Part shown: positions 25,201 through 35,698 of the stretch, piece by piece
How positions within the stretch are numbered: the first letter of the stretch is position 1
How the letters are laid out: the number at the start of each line of letters is the position of its first letter
DNA from: a virus
Length of the DNA: 64,000 bases
Reading direction: 5' to 3' (one strand)
IMG/VR virus record: IMGVR_UViG_3300022752_000019
Span: 1-64,000 of that record
The notes under the pieces: model-generated
Told to the model about the DNA's origin: nothing
Database searches by the model: none
The model's input: the letters and a program-made list of their open reading frames with translations, nothing else
Made by a program: the position numbers and the translations under genes

Positions 25201-27032
25201 CTCGGCCTCCTCTGAACCTCGGTGCGATGGCGGCATCTTCCGTAGAGGAAAATGTAGAGCGGATGCAGAACCTTGTTGAGACCTTCAACAAGATGCTGGG
25301 CACAGAGGTGGCGCTACAAGATGACCCCAACGGAGGCTGCACGGACTGCAAGACGTTCGTGCGAGTTCCGTTCGTAGATCCCGAGGCGTACCTCATCTGT
25401 GAGCATGAGCTGTCCCATCTTTTCGGGGAGACGGACCTCGACCTCACAAAGGAGTTCGTAACGAAGGCGGTTGAGCGGCTGCTGAATCGCGCGAAGATCC
25501 CGATCACGTCCCCCGATGCGACCCCTTACAAGGGAAAGCTCACGAAAATCGTTCAGACGCTGTGGAACGTCCTCGAGGACTGGAGATGCTGTAGCATCTG
25601 GGGAGAGATCTACTTCGGAGGCGCGTCCCTCCTTTCGCAGAGATGGAAAGACATCGCGCAGTACCAGCGTGAGGACGAGGCCCGGAAAGACCTCGTCCCC
25701 TATCTCATGCGCGCAGCCGCAGGCTTTGAGACAGACGGAGCCCCTCCCGAGTTCAAAGCCTGCCGCCCGCACATGGACAAGGCGCGGGCCATGGTGGAGT
25801 TGGTGGACAACTCCGCCTGCCTTGCGATCACGGCGCGACTGGTAGACGACATTGCCGACGAGCTTCTGCGGCAGAACCCGCCGAATAGTTCGTTGAACCA
25901 AAACAGTCCGCAGCAGCGAGGGCTCAACGCACTGGCAGCTCTTGGAAATGCGGTGGCACCTCCAAGCTCAGCACCGCCCAACCCATCGAACAAGCCCTCG
26001 GAGCAGGGGATTGGCGCTCCAGATGTACTGCCAGATCAGTCAAACAAGAACTTGGTCGGCTCTCGGGTCTCCGCTGCAACAATGCGGCAGATTCGCAAGC
26101 TGATGACCGCGAGTGATGACGACCCGGATCAGGACGGAGTCACCAGCTTTCAGAAGATGGTGCAGGCCGGCGCAGAGAAGATGAACGAGCGGATTGCTGC
26201 GGCAAAGGCTGAACTCGGCAAGAACCGCAAGTCGGAGAAGGAGCAGAGCACGGAGCAGTTGTCGGGTGCCGCAGTCTCTTGTGGAATCCGGGCAACGCAC
26301 GTCACTCCTCCCTTCAAGCTGCCGAAGCCCAGCAAGAACGCAGGCAACGTTCGGCGGTATCTCGAGCAGGTTCGACTCGAGCAAGAGCGGATCTCGAGTG
26401 CCTCCGGTACGCGGGTGAATGTTCAGAAGATCATTCAGGCGAAGGCAGCCGGAAACTTGGGCTCAATGCCCCTGTTCCAGCGCAAGCATGAGGTCGGCGG
26501 GATGCAGCTCCTCATCCTCGCTGACGTCAGTGGGTCAATGGCCGGCAGTGGGCTTGAGATCCTCGACCAGGCGATCGCCGATGTCGAGTTCTCCTGCAAG
26601 GGACTCAAAGTCGACCTGAACCTCTGGACCTTCTCAACCGACCTGTACTTCTTCACGAAGATCGGATCGGTGTGCTCCGTGCCTGGGATGTACATGAGCC
26701 TCACCAACATGGTCCGCGCACTGGACACCGCCATTGAGTGGCAGAAGCAGGGAACGGGAGATCGCGCAGTCATCCTGATGACTGACGGTCTGCCCACTCA
26801 CCTCCGCGGAAGAAAGTCTACGGGCTCCGCGCTCGAAGACCTTGCGGCGGTGATGAAAGAGATCCGCCGCGAGGGAGTCGTGCTCACAACCCTTGCCATC
26901 GGAGGGCACGTCGATCTCTTCAACAAAGTCTTCGGCGCAGGGCGCTATGGACTGGTCAGGAACATTGAAGACCTTCCCGCCGCGCTTACAAACGCGGTAA
27001 AGGTCATCATCGAAGCTCATCTGAAGAGCTAA
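25197..27032 (+). CDS. VWA domain protein with N-terminal HExxH (CobT-like)
   Basis: HELSH, NVLEDWR, MIDAS DVSGS, MTDG. Confidence 0.85.
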   Translation: MTRPPLNLGAMAASSVEENVERMQNLVETFNKMLGTEVALQDDPNGGCTDCKTFVRVPFVDPEAYLICEHELSHLFGETDLDLTKEFVTKAVERLLNRAKIPITSPDATPYKGKLTKIVQTLWNVLEDWRCCSIWGEIYFGGASLLSQRWKDIAQYQREDEARKDLVPYLMRAAAGFETDGAPPEFKACRPHMDKARAMVELVDNSACLAITARLVDDIADELLRQNPPNSSLNQNSPQQRGLNALAALGNAVAPPSSAPPNPSNKPSEQGIGAPDVLPDQSNKNLVGSRVSAATMRQIRKLMTASDDDPDQDGVTSFQKMVQAGAEKMNERIAAAKAELGKNRKSEKEQSTEQLSGAAVSCGIRATHVTPPFKLPKPSKNAGNVRRYLEQVRLEQERISSASGTRVNVQKIIQAKAAGNLGSMPLFQRKHEVGGMQLLILADVSGSMAGSGLEILDQAIADVEFSCKGLKVDLNLWTFSTDLYFFTKIGSVCSVPGMYMSLTNMVRALDTAIEWQKQGTGDRAVILMTDGLPTHLRGRKSTGSALEDLAAVMKEIRREGVVLTTLAIGGHVDLFNKVFGAGRYGLVRNIEDLPAALTNAVKVIIEAHLKS

Positions 27033-27039
27033 CCATTCT

Positions 27040-27057
27040 GGGGCCTCGGCCCCTTTT
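27040..27057 (+). terminator. probable intrinsic terminator
   Basis: GGGGC-CTCG-GCCCC plus TTTT. Confidence 0.55.
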
Positions 27058-27066
27058 AGGTGGTAC

Positions 27067-27336
27067 ATGCCAAGCATGACGATTCGCAACGACCAGAAGG
27101 CATACCTCGAGCGCACCGCGCGTCAGCTTTCAGAGAAGCTGGGAGTGAAGGTGACTCCTACTGAGGTGCTTCAGCAGGTCCTGGACATGTGCATTCGCGA
27201 CGAAGCAGTGTACGAGCCGCGGTCATCGTCGCCAGTGAAGCCTGAGACCAGAGAGATCTACGTCGCGGAGAGATCTTCCCGGTCTCAGGCTTTTACGCTG
27301 CCGGAACTTTTAGCTAATATACGGTCTGAGGATTGA
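27067..27336 (+). CDS. ribbon-helix-helix-like protein
   Basis: SMTIR strand followed by two helices. Confidence 0.5.
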   Translation: MPSMTIRNDQKAYLERTARQLSEKLGVKVTPTEVLQQVLDMCIRDEAVYEPRSSSPVKPETREIYVAERSSRSQAFTLPELLANIRSED

Positions 27337-27898
27337 AGCCCTGCTGCTGGGATCTCATCACCTCTGCCTGACCCTCGCCCCATCCGCGAAGGCCTCCATA
27401 TGCAGTAAGGCCTCCGGCGACTCCCATTGGAGTATACCGAACGGTCTTGGACAGAATCCCATCGGCAGTACCGGGGACTGTTGTAGGAGGGGTCGGCGGG
27501 GCAGCGGTAGCCCGAGCCGGCTGCGCTACACTCACTGAGCTACTTGTAGCCGTTCGGGGTAGCCCCATGTCTTGGAGTGCATCTGGGACATTCATAAGCC
27601 TTCGCGGACCCATGGTTGCCTTCTGCGGAACCTTGAGCCCCGCCGGAAGAGCGCGCTGTGCCCGCGCAACGCTTGCAGCGGCGTTTGCACCGCCTTTGGC
27701 CACCATAAGACCGGCCGTCTTCTCCTCCTGCCGAGCCTGCAAGAATTCTCGTAGGGTCCTGCCTTCGGAGAGGGAGCCCTCCTTGACCGTGACCTTATTT
27801 GCGCCAAATGGGTTTTTTACCGGCTTACCCTTGGTGGACAAGCCCAGGCGAGGGGTCGCAAGTCTGGGCATACGAAGTCCTCGAACCTTCGGAAGCAT
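27314..27898 (-). CDS. putative head cargo protein
   Basis: EEKTAG; C-terminal Gly-rich hydrophobic helix. Confidence 0.65.
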   Translation of the reverse strand: MLPKVRGLRMPRLATPRLGLSTKGKPVKNPFGANKVTVKEGSLSEGRTLREFLQARQEEKTAGLMVAKGGANAAASVARAQRALPAGLKVPQKATMGPRRLMNVPDALQDMGLPRTATSSSVSVAQPARATAAPPTPPTTVPGTADGILSKTVRYTPMGVAGGLTAYGGLRGWGEGQAEVMRSQQQGFNPQTVY

Positions 27899-28152
27899 TA
27901 GCGATACCCGCCGTAGGTGTAGGAGGTTCCGGTAGAGATGCGCTGACGCTGGCGAATCATCCCAGACTTTAGCTTGGAACGATACGCCTTCTGCTTCTTA
28001 GAGATCATCGCGCTGTTCTTCACACGATACTGCTTCTGCTGCTGCAAAATCTTGTTCCGGTTTCGCAGATAGTAGTTGTGCTGCTTGCTGGGGTCGCCCC
28101 CAGCAAGCTTCACCAACTCATCGGAAAAGAAGTGCCACAGCAGGGAGTTCAC
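27898..28152 (-). CDS. small basic putative head protein
   Basis: FFSDELVKLAG leader then K/R/Q-rich segment. Confidence 0.65.
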   Translation of the reverse strand: MNSLLWHFFSDELVKLAGGDPSKQHNYYLRNRNKILQQQKQYRVKNSAMISKKQKAYRSKLKSGMIRQRQRISTGTSYTYGGYR

Positions 28153-28159
28153 AGAAGCC

Positions 28160-28714
28160 TCAGAACGCGAATGCCGGCCCGAAGGACATGCGTCCCATAG
28201 TGGGCCTTTCTCCGCGAACCAGATTTGAGCGTCCCATCGGAGCAGCTCCGGAAGATCTCGCGGGTAGAAGCTCGCTCGCAGAACGCGTATCAACTACAGC
28301 AGGTCTCCGGGTTGGCAAGGCTGCCCTGACCTGAGCGTTACCGCGGCCAATTACGTTTCTAAGAACGTCCTCGTTTTGGAGCGCACGGAGGCTACCCGTG
28401 TTCAGCATGTTTTGTGCCGACCGCACGCCAGCAACCGAGGCCCTCCTGCCCAGGCCAGTCAGACCGACACGGTTTAGCGCGCCACCCAGGGCAGTCAGCC
28501 CACGGGCCATGAGGCCGCCTTCCTTGTCAAGCCCAGCCGCGTATGCCTCGCGGAGAGCTTGATGGATCTCCTCTTCCGATCCGTATTCCGCCACCTTGAC
28601 AAGGTACTCGTAGACCTCAACTTCATCAGCCGAAGCAGACTTGATGAGATCCTCGTCCGATACCCAGAGGGGATGAGCAGAAAGGACGTAGTTGTAGGCT
28701 GCGATCTTATCCAT
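28160..28714 (-). CDS. putative head cargo protein
   Basis: MDKIAAY..HPLW leader; KSAS, KVAE, KEGG. Confidence 0.7.
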   Translation of the reverse strand: MDKIAAYNYVLSAHPLWVSDEDLIKSASADEVEVYEYLVKVAEYGSEEEIHQALREAYAAGLDKEGGLMARGLTALGGALNRVGLTGLGRRASVAGVRSAQNMLNTGSLRALQNEDVLRNVIGRGNAQVRAALPTRRPAVVDTRSASELLPARSSGAAPMGRSNLVRGERPTMGRMSFGPAFAF

Positions 28715-28723
28715 GTTCTCTCC

Positions 28724-29422
28724 TCAACCTGTGATGAGCCCGACGACCTGCGTGTTCACAGGAACCATCCGCTCGAACTGGATCGCGCACTGTTCTTGGA
28801 TGAGGGTGCCCATCGCGTCAGTGGCAATCGAGTGGTTGGGGATGTAGCAGGACTCGAAGTATCCCGCCCCGAGGGTATCCTCGTTGCTATCCTTCATCAA
28901 CGTCAGCAGCCCGATGGGCTGCGTGAAGAGGTCGGAAGCCAGGTTGAGGAAGATGTTCTCATACCCCGGAGGGATGATGACATCGTGCGGGTTTGCGACA
29001 GTCGCCGCGCCAATGTTGGAGAACACGGGGTTCACGAACGTCGGCGGGATGATGTCCTGGTAGTAGGCGTACAGAACACGTAGGAGTGACGGACCGTGGT
29101 AGAGCACGCGGCCCAGTCCGATCTGCCCCATCACCCGGCCGGGGATGTGGTAGCTGCGGACGGAGCCAAGCTCGAAGATCCGGTTGACCTGCATGTTGTG
29201 GCTCAGGTTGAAGTTCTGGACGACCCCGATGGGGTAGGCCAGCATGTCTTCAGCCGTAGAGCCGGCGGTGAGGGCAGCACCGAGGAACTCGGGACCGCCC
29301 ACATTGGCAAGTCGAGGAGGACCAGCGCAGATGACGGTGTACGCACCGCTCATGAACCGGCCGTCGACCATTCCGCCCTGTACGAAATCTTCGTAGGGGG
29401 ACCATTGTGAAAGAGATGCCAT
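28724..29422 (-). CDS. tail tube protein
   Basis: Downstream of sheath; IGVVQNF..NRIFELGS..IPG pattern. Confidence 0.65.
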   Translation of the reverse strand: MASLSQWSPYEDFVQGGMVDGRFMSGAYTVICAGPPRLANVGGPEFLGAALTAGSTAEDMLAYPIGVVQNFNLSHNMQVNRIFELGSVRSYHIPGRVMGQIGLGRVLYHGPSLLRVLYAYYQDIIPPTFVNPVFSNIGAATVANPHDVIIPPGYENIFLNLASDLFTQPIGLLTLMKDSNEDTLGAGYFESCYIPNHSIATDAMGTLIQEQCAIQFERMVPVNTQVVGLITG

Positions 29423-29451
29423 GAGTGCTGCCCTCTAAGGGTGAAGAAGAA

Positions 29452-29901
29452 TCAGGCCAGAAGGACCGTCATCGCGACAGGCGGGAGAAGCACGCCATCG
29501 ATGCGGACCATCAGCATGAGCTGGGTGCCGATTGCGTTGGCAGCATCATCCGTGATGGCATTGACTGCGGCCCCCGGAAGGGTGAGGGTCTGTGCTCCGA
29601 CATTCCTGGTTGGAGTAACAGAAGTACCTCCAAGAGTGACGGTGATTACGGATTCGGCAGTGAAGTCAGCACCGACTACCGAAATCACTACGTCCGACGC
29701 GCCAGACGCCTTGTTGTAGGCAAAGCCGGCAACCTTGGAGATGGACGGGTAGACCGCGGGATCCCACTCTTCGATGGTCTGGAGAGCGGCCTCGAGGACC
29801 GAGTCACGGTCATCGAGACGGCGGTGAAGGCGCTTCTGGTGCCAACGCTCGCCAACGGAAGGAACGGCAAGGACGGCCTTTGAGGTAGGTGCAGCGGGCA
29901 T
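29452..29901 (-). CDS. putative virion protein (Ig-like)
   Basis: GGAGG RBS; between sheath and tube; beta-rich. Confidence 0.55.
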   Translation of the reverse strand: MPAAPTSKAVLAVPSVGERWHQKRLHRRLDDRDSVLEAALQTIEEWDPAVYPSISKVAGFAYNKASGASDVVISVVGADFTAESVITVTLGGTSVTPTRNVGAQTLTLPGAAVNAITDDAANAIGTQLMLMVRIDGVLLPPVAMTVLLA

Positions 29902-29928
29902 GATGTCCTCCAATCAGGAGATGGGGGT

Positions 29929-32900
29929 TCAGGAGACGATGGTGACGCGGATCTTGTTGCACGGGTAAGCGGGCTGCACCGTCACCTCAATCAGCACTGT
30001 ATCAGGAGCAGAGCTGTCCTGAAGCACGCTGTTGAGGGCGGCCCCGTTCACGACACCGGCCTGTACGGAGCGGGCAAGGAAGCCCTCGTTCGCCATGACC
30101 AGCTGATCGATGAACCCGGGGTTGATCACGAACCGGCCGATGAAGACGCGGTTCGTGGCCCGAAGACCCTTGGCAAGGAAGTCGATCGACTTCGTGATGC
30201 TGAGCTCGCGCGCTTCGATCGACGTGCTCTTGGTCGACCTCTGATGGCGGGATGCGATTCGACCACCCTGGTTGATCAGGATGTACCGGCCACCATCAGC
30301 AATGGTGTCCATCTGGTTCTCGCTGAAGGTGTCATCTGTCCCGTACACCTTCGAGAAGCCAGTCATCGAGACCTGGGTGAAGGGCTGCTGCGGGCTCTGT
30401 TCCGCGATCATCGCGGCGATCGCGGCGCAGGTGTAGTAGCCCGGGACCGGAGTCACGATGCCGTCGATGCTGGTGTCCACGTTGCCGCTGAACACGAGGA
30501 AGGTGCGGCGGCTGTTGTACGCCTCACCCTGCGCAGCAGCGGTCGCTGCAACGGCAGCCTTGTCCGTCAGCGTCGTACCCGGGATCAGAAGCTTGCTGCC
30601 GCGCTGCTTGAGCACGTACTGCATGCCAGAGAGGTTCTCGTCATCCGTCCAGTTGAGGGCGGGCGTGTCGTAGAAGCCGTCTGTGTTCTCATCCGAGGCG
30701 AACGTGCTGCGGAGCGTGAGCGCCGTTCCGTTCACTGCGGAGACGGAGAACTTGTAGACGTTCGTCTCCCCGAGGACGGAGACGACGAGCTCCAGGAACA
30801 CGTTGTCGCTGAAGTCGAGTTCCGCAGGGTTCAGGCCGAGCGCAGCAAGGCCCTCGATCGGCGTAGAGCCGAGGGTGATGCTGTTTGTCGAGCCGTTGAC
30901 CTCGGCATCGTTGCCCGCCAGGATGGAGGTATCCATCCTACGAGTGGGCACGCCCTGCCACAGCAGCGCGATGCGCTCGCCCCGCTGCTCCGGAGCAGAC
31001 ATGCTGTCCGCATGGAGCGAGTAGAGCTGCTGAACGAAGGGGTCATCCGTCATCGGAGCGATGGCGTAGACATCCTTGCTCTCGAGGAACGTCAGCGCGG
31101 ACAGGTGCGCTGTGGTCGTGCCCATCGGCGCGGCGTCGTTGACTGCGCTCACACCCAGCGCCGAGACCGACTGAGACGGCGCGTTCTGGAGCATGAGGAA
31201 GCAGGCCAGAGCCAGCGGGTTCTCGGTGGAGATGGGGCCGATCGCAGCATCCATCGTGTCTACATCTTGGAAGGTCAGCAGCGCAGGGTTTCGCGCCGCC
31301 GCCGTCACGTCGAGCCGGAGGCCGACATACTCGATGTAGACCCTTGCCCCGCTTGCCGACAGGTCCAGAGGAGCGCCGGTGCTGCGGTTGCGGAGCGCAT
31401 GCGGGCTGATGTGCGCGATGCCCTCGCCGTCCACGTAGAAGCTGGGATTGGGGCGGCCCTCGCCAGTTGCAGATGACGAACCGAACAGCACATCGTACGC
31501 GCTGCTGTCCTCGTCGACATTGACGGAGGAGGCTGCGCCCGCAAACGCGGAAGTGAGGACGAGCGCGAGGTCGTCCTCGCTGGCGACGTCTACCGCACCG
31601 CCGACGGTCTCGTTGATCGCATCAACGGCCTCTCGCAGAGAGTTCGAAGTGAAGTCCACTTCGTAAACGTGCGGGTTGCTGTCGAGGGTGAACTCGATGC
31701 GAGTGCCCTTGAGGATGTCGTCGCCAGCCCCAGTACCGGTTCCACTGCCGCCTTCAAATGCAACACGGGTGACGGCGGGAACCGAGACCGTGAGGTCATT
31801 TGTGTCGCCGCCCCGAACTAGCGTAAACACTAAGTTTCCGCCGTCGATTGTCATGTCGATCAGGTGGGTCAGCTGCGAGTCGTTCTTGAAGTAGATCTTG
31901 TACACACCGCCGACCGCTGCCGATCCTGCAAGAGTTTCAGCAAAGTCTGCAAGGCTTGCTTCTGCTCCCGGGACTGTCGCGGTCCATGAGGGCAGCGAAA
32001 CATCGTCATGAGTCACGGCAAAGGTGAATGTCACCGAAGTTGCCAACGCGTGGTCTACGACAGTCGTAGCTACGGAGGCACGCTCCGCGTACTCTACGTC
32101 GACGCCAGTTGCACTGTCACCGGCTGCAAGGCCGAAGATGGTGTGGACGGCGGCCGACCCACCCGGAAGGATGGTCACGCTTTGGTCCGCGCCGGTCTTG
32201 ACGGTCTTGATCAGTAGGATCTTGTCTGACCCGACCGTGCCGAGCGAGAACACGAGACCTGCGAGATCTGCGTTGTCGTTCAGGCTGTCGCGTGCTTCTG
32301 TAAGATCTGCCCCCACAGCGGCAGTGAACGTATGCGTCACGTCATCCAGTGTGACACCGTCCTCTACAATCCGGAAGGAGATGGTTCCGCCAGTGAGCGC
32401 GGGAATTGTTGCCGAGAACTCTGCGCCCATCAGCTGTGCCGGAAGGGCCGCAATCGCGTCAGTGTCGTCTCCGACAAGCTCCGCTGCAACTGGAGCCGGA
32501 GTCACAGAGCCCCACACCAGGTTGTTTGCGATGAAGTAGGCAAACACGGGAGCGAAGGGAACACCGGCAGAAGGCGTGCTGACCTCGATGGTCGAGTAGA
32601 CGGACGAGGTGATGTTTCCGTCCGCATCGAAAGTCGAGCGCGCAGAGTCAAGCACTCCCAGCTTGAAGCGGGACGACTCGACAGCGGTAACCACCGCGCC
32701 GCCGACCTGAGTTCCGTCTGCCCAGAACTCATCGCCCGGAGTGGTTGCAGTTGCCGCCTTCAGCGGAATGGTGGCACCGGAGCCGGTGAATACCGGAGCA
32801 GATGCCGTTCCGGCAAACAGTCTCCCATCCTTACCGCGAAGGAAGAAAGGACCGGAAGGAAGATCCCCGACATGGAACTCAACCCAGGGAGTAGTCAAGT

Positions 32901-33657
32901 CTCCGTCCAGGTCATCCTGACCTCGGAATCCCGAGCCTTCTACGCGGTAGGTTGTGGCAGAGGCAAGTGGCGACCCCTCCCCTGCGGTGAGTGCGGGGAG
33001 GGCACTTCCGGTAATGAACAGGGACGACGACGCCCCGTAGGCTCGGCTCTGAACAACGACACCTGCGTCACTGCTCAGATCTTCATCGAAATCGGAAAGG
33101 TCACTAAACGCAGTAGCGGTGATTCCAGGAACCGAGCTAAGCGCGAGGGCGACGGCTTCTGCGCTCATCGTTCCGCTGAAAGGGATCACAGTCGGGTTGG
33201 CGTTGCTCGGCGAGTTCGCCTTGATGTTGAGCAGAACCGTAGTGCTGCCGAAGACAAAGGATCCTCCACCAGAGTCGAAGACAACCAGCGCGCTGCGCGC
33301 GTCGTTGAGCGCCGCAAGGAAGGCGGAGCCCGTGCTGCCGTGGCTTCCGCGCGGAAGCGTGGTCATCGCACCCGCGTAGAGGAGGCGCGCGCCAACCTGC
33401 GCTTCGTCGACGTTGATCTCGTCGATGTTGTCACGCGGGTCGGGGAACTCTGCCTGAGTGATCGCCAGCGCAGCTTGCGTGTACCGCTGCGTCGTGTACT
33501 CGGCGTCGCTGTTCACGCCGCCAGAGTTGTCCAGGGCCCGGACGATCTGGTAGCACGGAGCCACGACAACCGGGTTGAGGGTCGGAGTCGCAACCGCGGC
33601 AGGAGTCTCACGAAGCTCCTGAACAACGATCACACCGGGGCGATTTTCACTTGCCAT
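29929..33657 (-). CDS. contractile tail sheath protein (1242 aa)
   Basis: N-terminal RPGVIV; C-terminal RELSI..DF..FIGR..PAYPCNKIRVTI. Confidence 0.85.
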   Translation of the reverse strand: MASENRPGVIVVQELRETPAAVATPTLNPVVVAPCYQIVRALDNSGGVNSDAEYTTQRYTQAALAITQAEFPDPRDNIDEINVDEAQVGARLLYAGAMTTLPRGSHGSTGSAFLAALNDARSALVVFDSGGGSFVFGSTTVLLNIKANSPSNANPTVIPFSGTMSAEAVALALSSVPGITATAFSDLSDFDEDLSSDAGVVVQSRAYGASSSLFITGSALPALTAGEGSPLASATTYRVEGSGFRGQDDLDGDLTTPWVEFHVGDLPSGPFFLRGKDGRLFAGTASAPVFTGSGATIPLKAATATTPGDEFWADGTQVGGAVVTAVESSRFKLGVLDSARSTFDADGNITSSVYSTIEVSTPSAGVPFAPVFAYFIANNLVWGSVTPAPVAAELVGDDTDAIAALPAQLMGAEFSATIPALTGGTISFRIVEDGVTLDDVTHTFTAAVGADLTEARDSLNDNADLAGLVFSLGTVGSDKILLIKTVKTGADQSVTILPGGSAAVHTIFGLAAGDSATGVDVEYAERASVATTVVDHALATSVTFTFAVTHDDVSLPSWTATVPGAEASLADFAETLAGSAAVGGVYKIYFKNDSQLTHLIDMTIDGGNLVFTLVRGGDTNDLTVSVPAVTRVAFEGGSGTGTGAGDDILKGTRIEFTLDSNPHVYEVDFTSNSLREAVDAINETVGGAVDVASEDDLALVLTSAFAGAASSVNVDEDSSAYDVLFGSSSATGEGRPNPSFYVDGEGIAHISPHALRNRSTGAPLDLSASGARVYIEYVGLRLDVTAAARNPALLTFQDVDTMDAAIGPISTENPLALACFLMLQNAPSQSVSALGVSAVNDAAPMGTTTAHLSALTFLESKDVYAIAPMTDDPFVQQLYSLHADSMSAPEQRGERIALLWQGVPTRRMDTSILAGNDAEVNGSTNSITLGSTPIEGLAALGLNPAELDFSDNVFLELVVSVLGETNVYKFSVSAVNGTALTLRSTFASDENTDGFYDTPALNWTDDENLSGMQYVLKQRGSKLLIPGTTLTDKAAVAATAAAQGEAYNSRRTFLVFSGNVDTSIDGIVTPVPGYYTCAAIAAMIAEQSPQQPFTQVSMTGFSKVYGTDDTFSENQMDTIADGGRYILINQGGRIASRHQRSTKSTSIEARELSITKSIDFLAKGLRATNRVFIGRFVINPGFIDQLVMANEGFLARSVQAGVVNGAALNSVLQDSSAPDTVLIEVTVQPAYPCNKIRVTIVS

Positions 33658-33663
33658 GGGAGA

Positions 33664-34509
33664 TTACTCCTGGTCGTCCTGGAAGGCTTCGAGACCCGAG
33701 ATTTGGAAATCTTCGATCCCGCTGTGAATGACTTCGGTAACTGGTCTGTGTGAGGTCTGGATACCGTTGCTTCGGTTGACGATTCTACCACCACCAAGAC
33801 GACGTACGCGGACATCGTCGGTGTTCATCGCCAATCTTATTGAAGAGATGGTCTCATCCTCTCGGAACTCGTACTCAGAGGCTCTTCTCGAGCCGGTGAT
33901 TAGATCAAGCGATCTAAACTGAGGGGATTGTTTCGGCGTGGTTTCCCACGTCCACTGAAGCTGGAACGGAATGTTAACCTGACACATGATCAGCTGCCCG
34001 GGATCTCCCATGACAAGCTGACCCGGAGGACTCGGTGAGTTTACAGTCGGGGAGGGCCGTGCGATAGAGTAAAAGCCACCAGGGCTCTCCAACAGTCGCT
34101 GATTCACCCGAGTGTGGTGTGCGACGAGATGTGCAAGACGCATCGCGGTGATGTCAGAGTCCGCGAGCGTGTAGACAACAAGGTGACCAGCCAGCAGGTC
34201 GGTGCGCTTCCGGGCCCCAGTATTGGGGTTGTAGGACAACAAGTTGTCGATGCCGATGCCGGCGAACTGGTACGGGCCCATCACGACAGTGATTGCCGGC
34301 CGCTTGCCAACTACTTCCGTATTTAGGGGAGCCTGGCCCCGGATCATGATCTCCGTAACTTCATCATCGGGCTCCCAATGGAAGGTGCCCTTGGGCATCC
34401 AGTTAAAGAGTCCTTGAAGGTACTGCACATACAAACGCATGGCAAAGACGGCAGGGTCGTCACCTCTGCCGATCTCGAGTGCTGTGCGTCTGGTATGCGC
34501 GAAGCTCAC
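33664..34509 (-). CDS. putative tail terminator / neck protein
   Basis: Position before sheath; KRPAITV motif. Confidence 0.5.
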   Translation of the reverse strand: MSFAHTRRTALEIGRGDDPAVFAMRLYVQYLQGLFNWMPKGTFHWEPDDEVTEIMIRGQAPLNTEVVGKRPAITVVMGPYQFAGIGIDNLLSYNPNTGARKRTDLLAGHLVVYTLADSDITAMRLAHLVAHHTRVNQRLLESPGGFYSIARPSPTVNSPSPPGQLVMGDPGQLIMCQVNIPFQLQWTWETTPKQSPQFRSLDLITGSRRASEYEFREDETISSIRLAMNTDDVRVRRLGGGRIVNRSNGIQTSHRPVTEVIHSGIEDFQISGLEAFQDDQE

Positions 34510-34823
34510 TTACGACTCTTCTCCTCAATCTCGCGGCGCTTGTCCATTCTATCCCTGATGTACTCGGAAAGCGCGTAACTTCCGACCGCAGATGCAGCTC
34601 CGGCCGCTCCGGCTCCGAGAGATTGAAGGTGCTTTAGAACTTCAGCCTTTCTCTCCGGGCTCATCTTTGCGAGCCGGGAGGAGATGCCGGGCGTATCGAG
34701 GAGGCGGCGCGTTAGCGCGCCTCCTCCGATACCTCCAATCAGGGAGCCAGCTCCTGCTGCCAGAGTAGGAAGACCGACGATCTTGACGATGCTTTCCTTC
34801 TTTTCGGGTTTCTTTTCACTCAT
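34506..34823 (-). CDS. small glycine-zipper protein
   Basis: Two Gly/Ala helices and a basic tail. Confidence 0.6.
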   Translation of the reverse strand: MSEKKPEKKESIVKIVGLPTLAAGAGSLIGGIGGGALTRRLLDTPGISSRLAKMSPERKAEVLKHLQSLGAGAAGAASAVGSYALSEYIRDRMDKRREIEEKSRK

Positions 34824-35698
34824 AGTTTCACCCCGTACATCCCAAATACGTCGACGGTCGTTGCCTTGGAGGCTTCCTGCGTGTGTGCATGTTGGTAGTT
34901 CCGAGGAGGGACGAGCACCACTGTGGAAGTATCTACCTTGAGGGGGATCTTGTCCTCAATCGATCCTTTCTGGATCAATGCCATTTTGATCTCGGCGCGA
35001 ACCAGGGAGCCGGACATCGTTGTTCCACCGGACTCAACGACTCTGTACCTACGGTTCTGGTTATCAACGATCAAGTCAAGAGGCTTGATGCCAGGGCTCG
35101 GGCCGCACCGAAGCTGTGCCATCTGAACCCGGCGATGATCTTCGACCATAACTTGCTCAGTCTCAGGCATTGCGTCAATCTGCGCCCAGAAGGATGTCGG
35201 GTAGTGATATCCGCCGCTAAATCCTGTACCCCAGCACGTAGGACAGCGTGCGTCTATGGTCTTTCCAAGAACTGTGTCGTAGCAGGAGGGGCACCGCTGA
35301 CCAAATGACCTACGTGGAAACAGCCAACACTTGACTCCCACGAACTCCTCGAACAAGACGCGTTCGAGTCGAATCATCTCCGTGGCGAGGATGTTCGGAG
35401 CACCTTCCTTGTCAAACGTATCGGAGTAGATGCTGCGGTCCGTTGGGACGTGTCGGCAGCGAATTCGGTAGTACAGAGTTCTCGCATTGGTAGTAATTGC
35501 GTGAACGCTATTGTCTCGAATGAAGTACTGATCAATGAGCGGCCCAGCGATAGAGTCCCATGGTCCCGCCTCGGCCTCCGAGCGTTCCACGTAGAACTCA
35601 TACTGCTGAATGTCCTCCGTCGTCGGCTCAATCTCCCAAAACACGTCATTGTGGTTCAGAGAGAAGGAGACAACACGCTCATTTCTAATTTGCAGCAT
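34820..35698 (-). CDS. putative head closure / neck protein
   Basis: CPSC..CPTCWGTGFSGGY zinc motif; position in neck cluster. Confidence 0.55.
   Translation of the reverse strand: MLQIRNERVVSFSLNHNDVFWEIEPTTEDIQQYEFYVERSEAEAGPWDSIAGPLIDQYFIRDNSVHAITTNARTLYYRIRCRHVPTDRSIYSDTFDKEGAPNILATEMIRLERVLFEEFVGVKCWLFPRRSFGQRCPSCYDTVLGKTIDARCPTCWGTGFSGGYHYPTSFWAQIDAMPETEQVMVEDHRRVQMAQLRCGPSPGIKPLDLIVDNQNRRYRVVESGGTTMSGSLVRAEIKMALIQKGSIEDKIPLKVDTSTVVLVPPRNYQHAHTQEASKATTVDVFGMYGVKL

Noticed and set aside
30244-33753. Long + strand ORFs (410 and 473 aa) opposite the sheath gene
   Set aside because: Antisense shadows expected from strong GC3 bias; no motifs or RBS.
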